From Escherichia phage vB_EcoM_ACG-C40: 64,000 nt of DNA. The position numbers and the translations under genes are program-made. Below are positions 30,395 to 41,276 of the stretch, in pieces (the stretch's first letter is position 1; each line of letters opens with the position of its first letter). The stretch lies in sequence record NC_019399.1; one strand, 5' to 3'. Below the pieces are notes generated by a model, which saw only the letters and a list, made by a program, of their open reading frames with translations, made no database searches and was not told the origin of the DNA.

Positions 30395-30587
30395 TGCTTA
30401 TAATTTCAACATCAGCCCAATGACCATAGCAAGGAAGACGAAATTCAACTGGCCAGTTAGGGTCCTTTTCTAATATAATAGACTTAACTTGTGGTTCTTC
30501 ATGTTCATCAGTATATGGATTTTTATCTGTTACTTTATATGTGACCTTAATGTACTGAATTCCAAAAATCTTATTAATTATATTCAT
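30381..30587 (-). CDS. Hypothetical small protein
   Basis: 68-aa ORF in the 30.x cluster. Confidence 0.45.
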   Translation of the reverse strand: MNIINKIFGIQYIKVTYKVTDKNPYTDEHEEPQVKSIILEKDPNWPVEFRLPCYGHWADVEIISIENV

Positions 30588-30781
30588 ACTAGTTCCTTTA
30601 ATCCGTAAATAGGAGATAATTCATCACCCATACGAAGGTCTTCATTTCCATCTACCCAGGAAACAATATAAGCCTCTTTTATTTGAACACCACTCCATTT
30701 AAATGGAGGTAGAACCTTAGAAATTAATCCAGGTATACCAATTCCCTTTAATTCAACAGTTTGACCTAAAAAGAATTTCAT
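30584..30781 (-). CDS. Hypothetical small protein
   Basis: 65-aa ORF, overlap-coupled. Confidence 0.45.
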   Translation of the reverse strand: MKFFLGQTVELKGIGIPGLISKVLPPFKWSGVQIKEAYIVSWVDGNEDLRMGDELSPIYGLKELV

Positions 30782-31068
30782 TAGAACCTCATCTGAAAAC
30801 CGTGCGATTTAACATTACCGCCGCCAATATCAGAGATATTAATTTCGCGCGCAATTGTAGGGTCAATGTCAATTTCACGATTGAGTTTAGTGATAGCTAA
30901 AGTATCGCGCCCATTTACAGTACGAAACTCTAAAGGACAAACCACATCAACGTAGTTTTTAATCGATTCACTGGTAGGCTGCAAATGAGCAGGAAGGTCT
31001 TTAGGCGCCTTTGAGAAAACCACTTCACAGAAATTTTTGCGGGTATCAAAATAAGTAGTCATAAACAT
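30781..31068 (-). CDS. Hypothetical protein
   Basis: 95-aa ORF in the 30.x cluster. Confidence 0.5.
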   Translation of the reverse strand: MFMTTYFDTRKNFCEVVFSKAPKDLPAHLQPTSESIKNYVDVVCPLEFRTVNGRDTLAITKLNREIDIDPTIAREINISDIGGGNVKSHGFQMRF

Positions 31069-31109
31069 AGTATTTTCCTCAGTAAGGGGCCGAAGCCCCT
31101 CATTTTATT

Positions 31110-31475
31110 TTAAATATCAAATTCGTTAAGAACTACATCAAAGATTGCTTCAAGATGCTCAGGTTTAGCTCTGTTACTCAGAATATGACGAATCCAAGTT
31201 TTAACCAGAAGCTTGCGATTAACGCCATTCCAGCAAGGATGAGTCCCTAAATCGCGTTGACGAAAATCATCATCCAAAGCAATTTTGAAGTTGGAACCTT
31301 CCATTGTGATTGAAACCGTGATGCCATTTTCAAATCGCATATAAACGTAGTTAGGAGTCATATACTGTTCAATTTCGCATACTGATCCATTTTGATGTTT
31401 CCAAAGGCAAATAGTATCAATAGAACCTGCAATACCATTAGAAACATATTTACGTTCAAAGTTGATGTAGTTCAT
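31110..31475 (-). CDS. Hypothetical protein
   Basis: 121-aa ORF in the 30.x cluster. Confidence 0.5.
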   Translation of the reverse strand: MNYINFERKYVSNGIAGSIDTICLWKHQNGSVCEIEQYMTPNYVYMRFENGITVSITMEGSNFKIALDDDFRQRDLGTHPCWNGVNRKLLVKTWIRHILSNRAKPEHLEAIFDVVLNEFDI

Positions 31476-31543
31476 TTTTATTCTCCGAGATGTTTAATTG
31501 CGGTACAGGTATATAATATCATATCCTGTACCAAAGTAAACAA

Positions 31544-31876
31544 TTATTTTACTACTTTCCAGTGCTGCATGTCAAGTTTACCAACTTTTTTCATCTTCTC
31601 AATTAAGCGTTCGGCGCGTTGGCGAGCTGTAACATAATACCATTCACCTAATTCATTTTGTTCAATTTTTCCAACGATTACTGTGTTCAATTCATAAATC
31701 CAACCAGTAAAGAAATTATGAACTTGAATTGTAAAGGTGAAATCTGTTCCCATGCCTTCTGTTGTTTCTACTTCAATAATATCACCTTCAACTGCCATTA
31801 AGAACCACATAGTTTCATCATATTTACCGTTGAAGCATTTAGTTTTAACTGCAGCGTTCAGATTAATCGTTTTCAT
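31544..31876 (-). CDS. Hypothetical protein
   Basis: 110-aa ORF with an upstream early-promoter-like element. Confidence 0.5.
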   Translation of the reverse strand: MKTINLNAAVKTKCFNGKYDETMWFLMAVEGDIIEVETTEGMGTDFTFTIQVHNFFTGWIYELNTVIVGKIEQNELGEWYYVTARQRAERLIEKMKKVGKLDMQHWKVVK

Positions 31877-31884
31877 TTTATTCT

Positions 31885-31933
31885 CCTTTGTTTGTGTAAG
31901 ATAATACTATCACAAAGGAACCATACTGTAAAC
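31885..31933 (-). promoter_or_regulatory. Early-promoter-like element with -10 inside a stem-loop
   Basis: Minus strand GTTTAC (31933-31928), 18-nt spacer, TAGTAT; stem CCTTTGT/ACAAAGG (31885-31891 with 31912-31918) encloses the -10. Confidence 0.5.
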
Positions 31934-31953
31934 AACTTTGTGCAATCTTTGGA

Positions 31954-31982
31954 AAATAAAAAAGGACTCCCGAAGGAGTCCT
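31954..31982 (-). terminator. Rho-independent terminator after the 30.9-like ORF
   Basis: On minus strand GGACTCC-TTCG-GGAGTCC followed by TTTTTTATTTT. Confidence 0.7.
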
Positions 31983-31986
31983 CAAC

Positions 31987-32163
31987 TTATGCTTTCTGCT
32001 TACCAAAACGAGAAGCATCATCTCGAAGAACCGCACGTGCTCGGCGCATGATCTTCTCAACAGTTTGATTGATACGAGAGTTCGACCCACGCTTGTAGCC
32101 AGCGCGTTTAGAATCACCAACTTTCTTTTCAACTGCTTTCTTTGCTTTAGCTTGTTTTGCCAT
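31987..32163 (-). CDS. Hypothetical basic small protein (30.9-like)
   Basis: ATG at 32163 (MAKQAKAKKAVEKK...) preceded by AAGAG; the longer track ORF probably starts too far upstream. Confidence 0.5.
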   Translation of the reverse strand: MAKQAKAKKAVEKKVGDSKRAGYKRGSNSRINQTVEKIMRRARAVLRDDASRFGKQKA

Positions 32164-32205
32164 TATAAATTCTCTTTTAAATGAAAATGCAGGACTTATT
32201 GGCAT

Positions 32206-32560
32206 TGCCTGCGAAAGCCCTCAAGGGGGTACTTAGGTTTTGAGTATTTACCGACAGGATAACCATAAACCCGTCATCATACCTTATAGCTCTTATCTGT
32301 TGCACACCGTTAGCTTAAAGGTTCCGGGTTCGATTTCTCGAGGATAAGATATATACTGATGGATATATAGGCCTTGAGGCGTACTCCCGATTGGCCATCA
32401 CCTCGGGGTAGCATGCACTTGCCGCTATAAGAATAACATTCAAGAGGTACACCGTAAAACTGCCGGGGTCTTAAAACTATAATGATTCGCAAATCATTAA
32501 TCAGACAGTTCGACGGCTCCTCGATTTTAGCTCACACTAAGGCAGTGAATCTCCAATAAA
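32206..32560. other. ORF-free 355-bp gap, locally GC-rich, with inverted repeats and a tRNA T-arm-like motif
   Basis: No ORF of 60 codons or more with an ATG start; by manual count about 54 percent GC over 32371-32470; GGTTCGATT at 32327-32335; hairpin TAATGATT-CGCA-AATCATTA at 32480-32499. Confidence 0.4.
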
Positions 32561-32809
32561 TTACTTCAGTGTTACCACAAAGTGACGAACTGCTTTTCGT
32601 GCAGCAGAAGCCAGAGGCTTAGCATATTTAAGTTCATCTTTTTCCTGAAGCTCAGCAGCTAATGCAGTTTGAGCAGGATTCAGATGTTTGAAATAACGCA
32701 GGATTTCAAGAGCTTCGGCTTCAACATCAATAGATGCGCCATAGTTTTCGTGACCATTATTCCATGCGTTTCGTTGCAGTTCAAGAGCGTGTTGTAATTG
32801 TTTAATCAT
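32561..32809 (-). CDS. rIII: rIII lysis-inhibition accessory protein
   Basis: 82-aa ORF MIKQLQHALELQRNAWNNGHENYG..., matches recalled T4 rIII. Confidence 0.8.
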   Translation of the reverse strand: MIKQLQHALELQRNAWNNGHENYGASIDVEAEALEILRYFKHLNPAQTALAAELQEKDELKYAKPLASAARKAVRHFVVTLK

Positions 32810-32948
32810 TTAAAAATTCTCGTTAGAGATTAAAACTCGGTAGTCACGTTCTTCTGAATTTCATCTTCTTTCGACAGATCTCTCAGTTGTAGACTACCAC
32901 ATAGAATTGTTCGGTTAACTTATTATTCCGACACCCAATTCATATTAT

Positions 32949-32956
32949 TATTTATA
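32949..32956 (-). promoter_or_regulatory. Late promoter TATAAATA downstream of gene 31, upstream of rIII
   Basis: Minus-strand TATAAATA immediately after the gene 31 stop. Confidence 0.45.
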
Positions 32957-33292
32957 TCACTTATAAAGACACGGAATAGCTTTATAGTGACAGGTAACGA
33001 ATTTTTGTTTAATTTCTTTTGGCTGCTTAAGACCCAGAGCTACAAAAGGATGCGGAACATTTCGAATTTGACCAACTGGAAGAGAAGTCAAATCGCCAAC
33101 TTCGCAGAAACCTTCAGGAACATCAGGACCGACAGAGTGAACTACACACAGTTCAGGAACTTCACCTTGAACACGTTTACCGATAATAAGTCCTGATTCT
33201 GTAACTTCTTCATCACCGGCTTGTGCAGGTTCAGAAACTAAAATAACATATTCACCGACAGCACGAATTGGTAGCTGTTGTACTTCAGACAT
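32957..33292 (-). CDS. 31: Co-chaperonin gp31 (GroES-like)
   Basis: 111-aa ORF starting [19 protein letters not shown], matches recalled T4 gp31. Confidence 0.9.
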
Positions 33293-33348
33293 CGTTTTTC
33301 CTTTTTGTTAGCAGATGAATTAATAATAACAAATAATTCTTAAAGCAT

Positions 33349-33657
33349 TTATTTACCAATAAATTGAAGCAAATGCTCAACTTTCATACCATTAACAGAA
33401 ATCAATTTGTCAATAGAAAAACCTCGCCATGCACCAAGCTCAACATCAAATACTGGAATCATATCAGTAGATTCTTTCCGAGCAGATTCAGTCAATTTAC
33501 CAGTTTGCATGGTTGGCATAAAGTCTGCATCACGAGTACCTTTCATAACACGAATAGTACCGTCAGACTTTTCAAAAACTACGTTTGAAACACCCATGGA
33601 CAATTTAGTTTTCAAAATTTCACGAATTGCTACTTTTTGTTCAGTCGTCAGTTTCAT
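33349..33657 (-). CDS. Hypothetical protein (31.1-like)
   Basis: 102-aa ORF. Confidence 0.5.
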   Translation of the reverse strand: MKLTTEQKVAIREILKTKLSMGVSNVVFEKSDGTIRVMKGTRDADFMPTMQTGKLTESARKESTDMIPVFDVELGAWRGFSIDKLISVNGMKVEHLLQFIGK

Positions 33658-33894
33658 TTATTTACCTATTACAGTTTTAATATGAGTTGTTCCACGTTCT
33701 TTAAGAGTGGAAAGTAATTTTTGGCATTTTTCTAAATCAGATTTCCAACTATGTGGTCTATCAATACAAACCCATTCTGACTTATAATACTGTTTCCATT
33801 TAGAGAAAAAATACTTCTTATACTCTACAGCAAATGAAATGTTCTCGTTAGAATAAGAACTAATTGCTGTGAGCTGTACCAAACGAAATTTCAT
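33658..33894 (-). CDS. Hypothetical protein (31.2-like)
   Basis: 78-aa ORF. Confidence 0.5.
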   Translation of the reverse strand: MKFRLVQLTAISSYSNENISFAVEYKKYFFSKWKQYYKSEWVCIDRPHSWKSDLEKCQKLLSTLKERGTTHIKTVIGK

Positions 33895-34475
33895 TATTCA
33901 CCACAGAATTCGTTGATATTTTCCCAGTTTAACTTATTCAAGTTTTTCTTAGGAACATTAAACACTTCAATACCTGCATTTCGCAGAATATCATCCCAGC
34001 CAGGTTTATTCTTATCGTATGTTTCGCAATAAACCAGCTTTTTAATTCCAGATTGAGCTATCGCTTTTGCACAATCCGGACAAGGAGAAAGTGTTACATA
34101 CATAGTAGCACCTTCAATTGAAGAACCGTTTCGTGCAGCAAACAAAATAGCATTTAGTTCAGCATGAATTTCATTTTTAGACGACCATTCAGAGTGCGCG
34201 CTACGATGTTCTTTCGCCAATACAAAACGATCAGTTGAACCAAATGATACACATTCAGGCTTATGACCTTGAATGATAGTATGTTTAGGTTTATTCAGCA
34301 ACCAACCTTGCTCAGCAGCATAATCACAACAGTTCACACCCCCTGCAGGTGAACCATTATACCCAGTAGAAATAATACGTCCATTCTTTTCAATTACTGC
34401 TCCTACCTTCCAGGAGCAACATTTTGATTCTTGTGATACTAAATATGCAATTTGAAGTACTGTACTCGCTTTCAT
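33894..34475 (-). CDS. cd: dCMP deaminase
   Basis: 193-aa ORF with zinc-ligand motifs HAE...PCxxC (HAELNAILFAA ... SPCPDCAKAI). Confidence 0.95.
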   Translation of the reverse strand: MKASTVLQIAYLVSQESKCCSWKVGAVIEKNGRIISTGYNGSPAGGVNCCDYAAEQGWLLNKPKHTIIQGHKPECVSFGSTDRFVLAKEHRSAHSEWSSKNEIHAELNAILFAARNGSSIEGATMYVTLSPCPDCAKAIAQSGIKKLVYCETYDKNKPGWDDILRNAGIEVFNVPKKNLNKLNWENINEFCGE

Positions 34476-34810
34476 TTCATAATCACCAGATAAGCAGATT
34501 TAGCAGTTTCAACACGATAAATTTCGTGACGAAGTTTAGTTATACTTTTAATAACAGAACTAATTATATTCTGCCCATCTTTAAAGCGGTTTTTCTTATC
34601 AATAAAAATTGCGCCAACCATCTTTTTGTGAAGCTCAACTGGATACTTCGTCACAATAATAGCATCATACACAGAAGGATGAATACTATTCACTAGAGTG
34701 TCATTCATTAAAGTTATTCTAATGAACTGTGCTGTTTCAGAGTCAAGCGCTCTATGATCGCCAGTATCATTTTCAAGACAATTATCAATTATATCAGTTA
34801 AATTCATCAT
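34472..34810 (-). CDS. Hypothetical protein (cd.1-like)
   Basis: 112-aa ORF. Confidence 0.5.
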   Translation of the reverse strand: MMNLTDIIDNCLENDTGDHRALDSETAQFIRITLMNDTLVNSIHPSVYDAIIVTKYPVELHKKMVGAIFIDKKNRFKDGQNIISSVIKSITKLRHEIYRVETAKSAYLVIMK

Positions 34811-35043
34811 AGTACGCCATACACCCTTTGTGCTTCAACTAATCCATCAAAATCCAATTTGAGATGTGTTATTTGGTCACCATCACCTGGATTCACAATT
34901 ACTAATACTGAACGAGGAGTTTCGGTAATAACGCGAACCGATGTTTCCGGAAATCGTTCAGAAACCTTATTTACCAATTCCTGGGCAAATAGTTTAACTT
35001 TTTCTTGGAATTCTTTAACAGTAATTGGTTTTTCACTTAGCAT
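34807..35043 (-). CDS. Hypothetical protein (cd.2-like)
   Basis: 78-aa ORF. Confidence 0.5.
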   Translation of the reverse strand: MLSEKPITVKEFQEKVKLFAQELVNKVSERFPETSVRVITETPRSVLVIVNPGDGDQITHLKLDFDGLVEAQRVYGVL

Positions 35044-35064
35044 TTTGTTTTCCTCATTCGTTTT

Positions 35065-35103
35065 GGTAGAGCTATAATATCACAACTCTACCATAAAGTA
35101 AAC
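35065..35103 (-). promoter_or_regulatory. Early-promoter-like element with -10 inside a stem-loop
   Basis: Minus strand GTTTAC (35103-35098), 18-nt spacer, TATTAT; stem GGTAGAG/CTCTACC (35065-35071 with 35086-35092). Confidence 0.5.
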
Positions 35104-35105
35104 TG

Positions 35106-35381
35106 TTAAATTGCTTTGAATTCTGATGTCTGTGATTCAAAACGAATATCACCTTTGATGACTAGCTCAGCATCAAGACCGAATACGACAATGATATGCG
35201 CGGAACCTGGATACAACGTAATGGCAATAGAATCCACCTGGTCTGGAAGCAAAGTATTCAATACATGAGTCACTTGAGCATGAATTCGAAGCTCGGCTGC
35301 GTTATCAAGCTTTTCAAACATATTATTAGCAATAATTTGGCTAAACACTACTTCTACGATTTTAGAATAAGTCGGAAACAT
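35106..35381 (-). CDS. Hypothetical protein (cd.3-like)
   Basis: 91-aa ORF. Confidence 0.5.
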   Translation of the reverse strand: MFPTYSKIVEVVFSQIIANNMFEKLDNAAELRIHAQVTHVLNTLLPDQVDSIAITLYPGSAHIIVVFGLDAELVIKGDIRFESQTSEFKAI

Positions 35382-35383
35382 AT

Positions 35384-35584
35384 TTACCTCACATAATTTT
35401 CTTCAAGCCAATCAATAACATCCAACGCATTATCAAAAGTTGAACCATCTACTTTGTCTTCTGTTTCATAATCAAGAACATCTAAGCCTACTCTTCCATC
35501 AACAATAGGCCATAAACAAAATAGATATTTCTTTTCTTTTTCAATTTTATCACAAAGACGATAAATCTTTTCTAGGTTATTCAT
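35384..35584 (-). CDS. Hypothetical protein (cd.4-like)
   Basis: 66-aa ORF. Confidence 0.45.
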   Translation of the reverse strand: MNNLEKIYRLCDKIEKEKKYLFCLWPIVDGRVGLDVLDYETEDKVDGSTFDNALDVIDWLEENYVR

Positions 35585-35773
35585 ACGTTTTCCATGGTAA
35601 AGGCAGTTTAGTTTTCTTTACTACTAGTTCAACATCAGGATTCTTTTCTCTTAATTTAAGGCATTCCTCCCATGCTCTATTTTCACTAGTAAATACACAA
35701 AATTGCCCATTACTAGTACCAACTAAACTGCTATTTACAATAACAATAGCCCAAGTTTCATGGTGCCAAGCCA

Positions 35774-35774
<1 letters not shown>
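35577..35774 (-). CDS. Hypothetical protein (cd.5-like)
   Basis: Internal ATG at 35774 overlaps the pseT stop by 1 nt; the track start at 35804 is probably too far upstream. Confidence 0.4.
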
Positions 35775-36995
<1,221 letters not shown>

Positions 36996-36999
<4 letters not shown>

Positions 37000-37226
37000 T
37001 TATTTTTCTCAACCAATGATTGAATATAATCATGCAGGTCTTTAGATGCTTTACCCCACTTATTTTGATATTCATTTTTAAGATTAGCACGTGATTGAGC
37101 TAATAAAACATCATTAGTTGGAGGTAAAGATTCTAATCGCTGAATCTGGCGTCCATAAATCATTGCAGCCATCTCGGATTCATAAATCAATCCTTTGAGA
37201 TGTTCAAATTGATGCCATGAAATCAT
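36996..37226 (-). CDS. Hypothetical protein
   Basis: 76-aa ORF. Confidence 0.45.
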
Positions 37227-37522
37227 TTACATTTATCCTCTTTTAACTCTTGACGATAATAACATATCATAGTTTTCTGATCATGTACATATCGTTTTAC
37301 ATCATTAAGCCAAATACGAAATTCCTGGGAATCTTCGAATGGCATACCGACCCAAGCTTTACCATCAATAACTTTAACTTGCCAAGATAATTTAGCTTCG
37401 TCATATGACTTTATTTGTACAGGCCAATTAGGATGAACTGTTTCTTTCTTTACTTCTAGAGGCTTTGTCGAACAACCAACTAGAAGACCAATAGATAATA
37501 TTACTGCTGATAGTTTAATCAT
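37223..37522 (-). CDS. Outer-membrane lipoprotein, candidate o-spanin
   Basis: 99-aa ORF with signal peptide and lipobox LLVGC; overlaps and follows the candidate i-spanin. Confidence 0.7.
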   Translation of the reverse strand: MIKLSAVILSIGLLVGCSTKPLEVKKETVHPNWPVQIKSYDEAKLSWQVKVIDGKAWVGMPFEDSQEFRIWLNDVKRYVHDQKTMICYYRQELKEDKCK

Positions 37523-37872
37523 TTAGAAAGGTCCTGGATGTCTTCTGCGAACTTGTTGAAGGAGTTGTTGATTTGTTTTTCAACCAATCCTGGCTTATGA
37601 GCCACCACATCCGCCTTCTTTGCGTCTTTGCGCAGTTTTTCATTTTCACGCTCAATAGCAGCAATTGCCTCACGATTTTTATTATTCATCGCATCAATAT
37701 AATTATACTGAATTCGCAAATTATTTAATGCTAAGGCGTTTTCATTGGCCGTTTTTGTAATTTCAGTAACTGATGTTTCTAATCTTTCTACCTTATTTTT
37801 TAAAATAATAGATGTTCCGCCAAATGCTATTACAAGTAATAGCAATCCAGCTGTAAAATTACTTACATGCAT
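37519..37872 (-). CDS. Type II membrane protein with coiled coil, candidate i-spanin
   Basis: 117-aa ORF; N-terminal TM segment GLLLLVIAFGGTSIIL then heptad-rich periplasmic part. Confidence 0.7.
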   Translation of the reverse strand: MHVSNFTAGLLLLVIAFGGTSIILKNKVERLETSVTEITKTANENALALNNLRIQYNYIDAMNNKNREAIAAIERENEKLRKDAKKADVVAHKPGLVEKQINNSFNKFAEDIQDLSK

Positions 37873-38366
37873 AAAGTTTTAATAACCTCTATAATATCGT
37901 CTTGAGAAAGACCGTTAATTAAAATATGATGTTCAGCCGGAGATTTAGAAATTTTAAAGCACGCCGCAACATCTTCTGCCATATCCGATGCGCTACGATT
38001 TGGATTACTAATTCCAAGACGATGCTTTCCTGTCAAAGGATTAACGATGATATAGCATTTGCAGCTATTGATATGAACATTAGGTTGAGTCTGATTAATA
38101 AACACTTCACAATCATACTTAGCGAGTTGATTTTCTAAAAAGACTTTCATCTCCTCAACCGCATCAGGAAGCATATCACGGGCTTGCTCAAGACGACGAT
38201 TTCGATATTCTTTAATGGTTGTTTTCCGCTTTACTTGCTTAGCTAAATCTTTCTTAAGATCGGTGATATATCCAACTCGACGATTTCCTTTGAATACAGA
38301 AATCCCATCTGTAGTATCACCGTATGCTTCAACGACCATTTCAGTAGTAATGAGCTGCAAATCCAT
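37863..38366 (-). CDS. alc: Alc, inhibitor of host transcription
   Basis: 167 aa from MDLQLITTEMVVEAYGD; GAGGGA Shine-Dalgarno inside the upstream repeat; track start at 38381 is in frame 5 codons earlier. Confidence 0.85.
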   Translation of the reverse strand: MDLQLITTEMVVEAYGDTTDGISVFKGNRRVGYITDLKKDLAKQVKRKTTIKEYRNRRLEQARDMLPDAVEEMKVFLENQLAKYDCEVFINQTQPNVHINSCKCYIIVNPLTGKHRLGISNPNRSASDMAEDVAACFKISKSPAEHHILINGLSQDDIIEVIKTLCM

Positions 38367-38375
38367 CATAAAGTC

Positions 38376-38428
38376 CCTCATGTTATGTCAGTAAGACTAC
38401 TGTAACACAACACGAGGGACTTGTAAAC
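38376..38428 (-). promoter_or_regulatory. Early-promoter-like cassette with inverted repeat (copy 2 of the 53-bp repeat)
   Basis: Identical 53-mer to 24669-24721; stem GTCCCTC/GAGGGAC perfect in this copy. Confidence 0.6.
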
Positions 38429-38431
38429 AAC

Positions 38432-40019
<1,588 letters not shown>

Positions 40020-40026
40020 AATAAAA

Positions 40027-40042
40027 TGGGCCTTGCGGCCCA
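40027..40042 (-). terminator. Hairpin after nrdB (terminator-like)
   Basis: On minus strand GGGCC-GCAA-GGCCC followed by ATTTTATTAT. Confidence 0.5.
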
Positions 40043-40046
40043 CTCC

Positions 40047-41225
40047 TTAAAAGTATTTTTTAAAACTCATCATAACTTTATCATCAACATCATTATCAAT
40101 CTGTGCAACAAGATAAGATGACAGTTCTACTTCTTGTGGCGCTGATTGAACATTATCAGAATTAAGATATTCACGAATCCAAGGATATGGATGTTTAACC
40201 GGAGCATCGGTAATTGGGCATGGAAGACCACACTGTTTCATACGAGATACAGTTAAGTAATCAATAAAGCTCCACATGCTATTTGTATTTAATCCAGGAA
40301 CATCGCCATCTTTAAATAAATGAACTGCCCAATCTTTTTCTTGGCGGTTAACTTCCATGAAAATATCAACTGCTTCTTGTTCACACTCTTGAGCAATTTT
40401 AACCCATTGATCGCCATCAGTACCAGATTGAAGTTGACGAATAATATATTGGGTGCCTTTAAGGTGAAGCTGTTCATCGCGTGCAATGAACTTCATAATC
40501 TTGGCATTACCTTCCATGATTTCCATGTTCTTATGGAAGTTAAAGGTACATGCAAAAGATACATAAAAACGAATAGCTTCCAATGCGTTGATTACATGCA
40601 AACAGAGGTAAAGAGATTTCATTAGCTCACGCTTCCAATATGTCTCATGCTCAATAGCATCTTCAATAACGTCTTCGTCTGCGTTAATTTCTTTTTGGTA
40701 TTCGATATCAGCTTTAGCGTTTTCCCAATAACGAGTTTTAATCAGAACATCATCATAATAACGTCCAATGGATTCAGCACGTTTCATAATAGCTTCATCT
40801 AATACAATTTCATCAAATACCTTCGATGGATCAGTATAAAGATTTCGCATGATATGAGTATATGAACGACTGTGAATAGTTTCACTAAAAGTCCATGTAG
40901 CAGCCCATGTATCAAGACTTGGGTCTGAAATTAATGACATAAGTACAGCAGACGGCGCACGACCCTGAATGCTATCTAAAAGTGATTGATACTTCAGGTT
41001 GTTAGTAAAAATATTTTGCTGGTACTGAGGAAGCTTATTAAACTGTGCAGCATCCATCATCAAGTTTACTTCTTCAGGACGCCAGAAAAATGATAATTGC
41101 TTTTCGGTTAAATCTTCAAAAACTTTATGACGTTGAATATCATAACGCGCAATACCAAGACCTGAACCAAAAAACATAGGTTCTTTTAAAACATCAACTG
41201 GATTTGTATTAAAAACTGTGCTCAT
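40047..41225 (-). CDS. nrdB: Ribonucleotide reductase small subunit NrdB (uninterrupted)
   Basis: Continuous 392-aa ORF starting MSTVFNTNPVDVLKEPMFFGSG; no intron. Confidence 0.95.
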   Translation of the reverse strand: MSTVFNTNPVDVLKEPMFFGSGLGIARYDIQRHKVFEDLTEKQLSFFWRPEEVNLMMDAAQFNKLPQYQQNIFTNNLKYQSLLDSIQGRAPSAVLMSLISDPSLDTWAATWTFSETIHSRSYTHIMRNLYTDPSKVFDEIVLDEAIMKRAESIGRYYDDVLIKTRYWENAKADIEYQKEINADEDVIEDAIEHETYWKRELMKSLYLCLHVINALEAIRFYVSFACTFNFHKNMEIMEGNAKIMKFIARDEQLHLKGTQYIIRQLQSGTDGDQWVKIAQECEQEAVDIFMEVNRQEKDWAVHLFKDGDVPGLNTNSMWSFIDYLTVSRMKQCGLPCPITDAPVKHPYPWIREYLNSDNVQSAPQEVELSSYLVAQIDNDVDDKVMMSFKKYF

Positions 41226-41276
41226 AAATTTTCCGCTTAGTTAATAGTTGGTGACTCGTCCGTGAGTCAAATTATA

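Noticed and set aside
31878-32132. 84-aa minus-strand ORF
   Set aside because: Overlaps the terminator hairpin and the 30.9-like ORF in another frame; no Shine-Dalgarno; likely spurious.
32321-32340. Possible tRNA gene (GGTTCGATT T-arm-like motif)
   Set aside because: I could not build an acceptor stem, D-arm or anticodon arm around it on either strand; kept only as a motif inside the ORF-free gap finding.
32310-32492. 60-aa minus-strand ORF in the GC-rich gap
   Set aside because: Starts with TTG, has no Shine-Dalgarno and an implausible composition; treated as non-coding.
41252-41271. Inverted repeat TGACTC-GTCCGT-GAGTCA between nrdA and nrdB as a possible remnant of an excised homing endonuclease gene
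   Set aside because: Only a 6-bp stem with no flanking homology; more simply an intergenic hairpin, and I cannot test it without a reference alignment.
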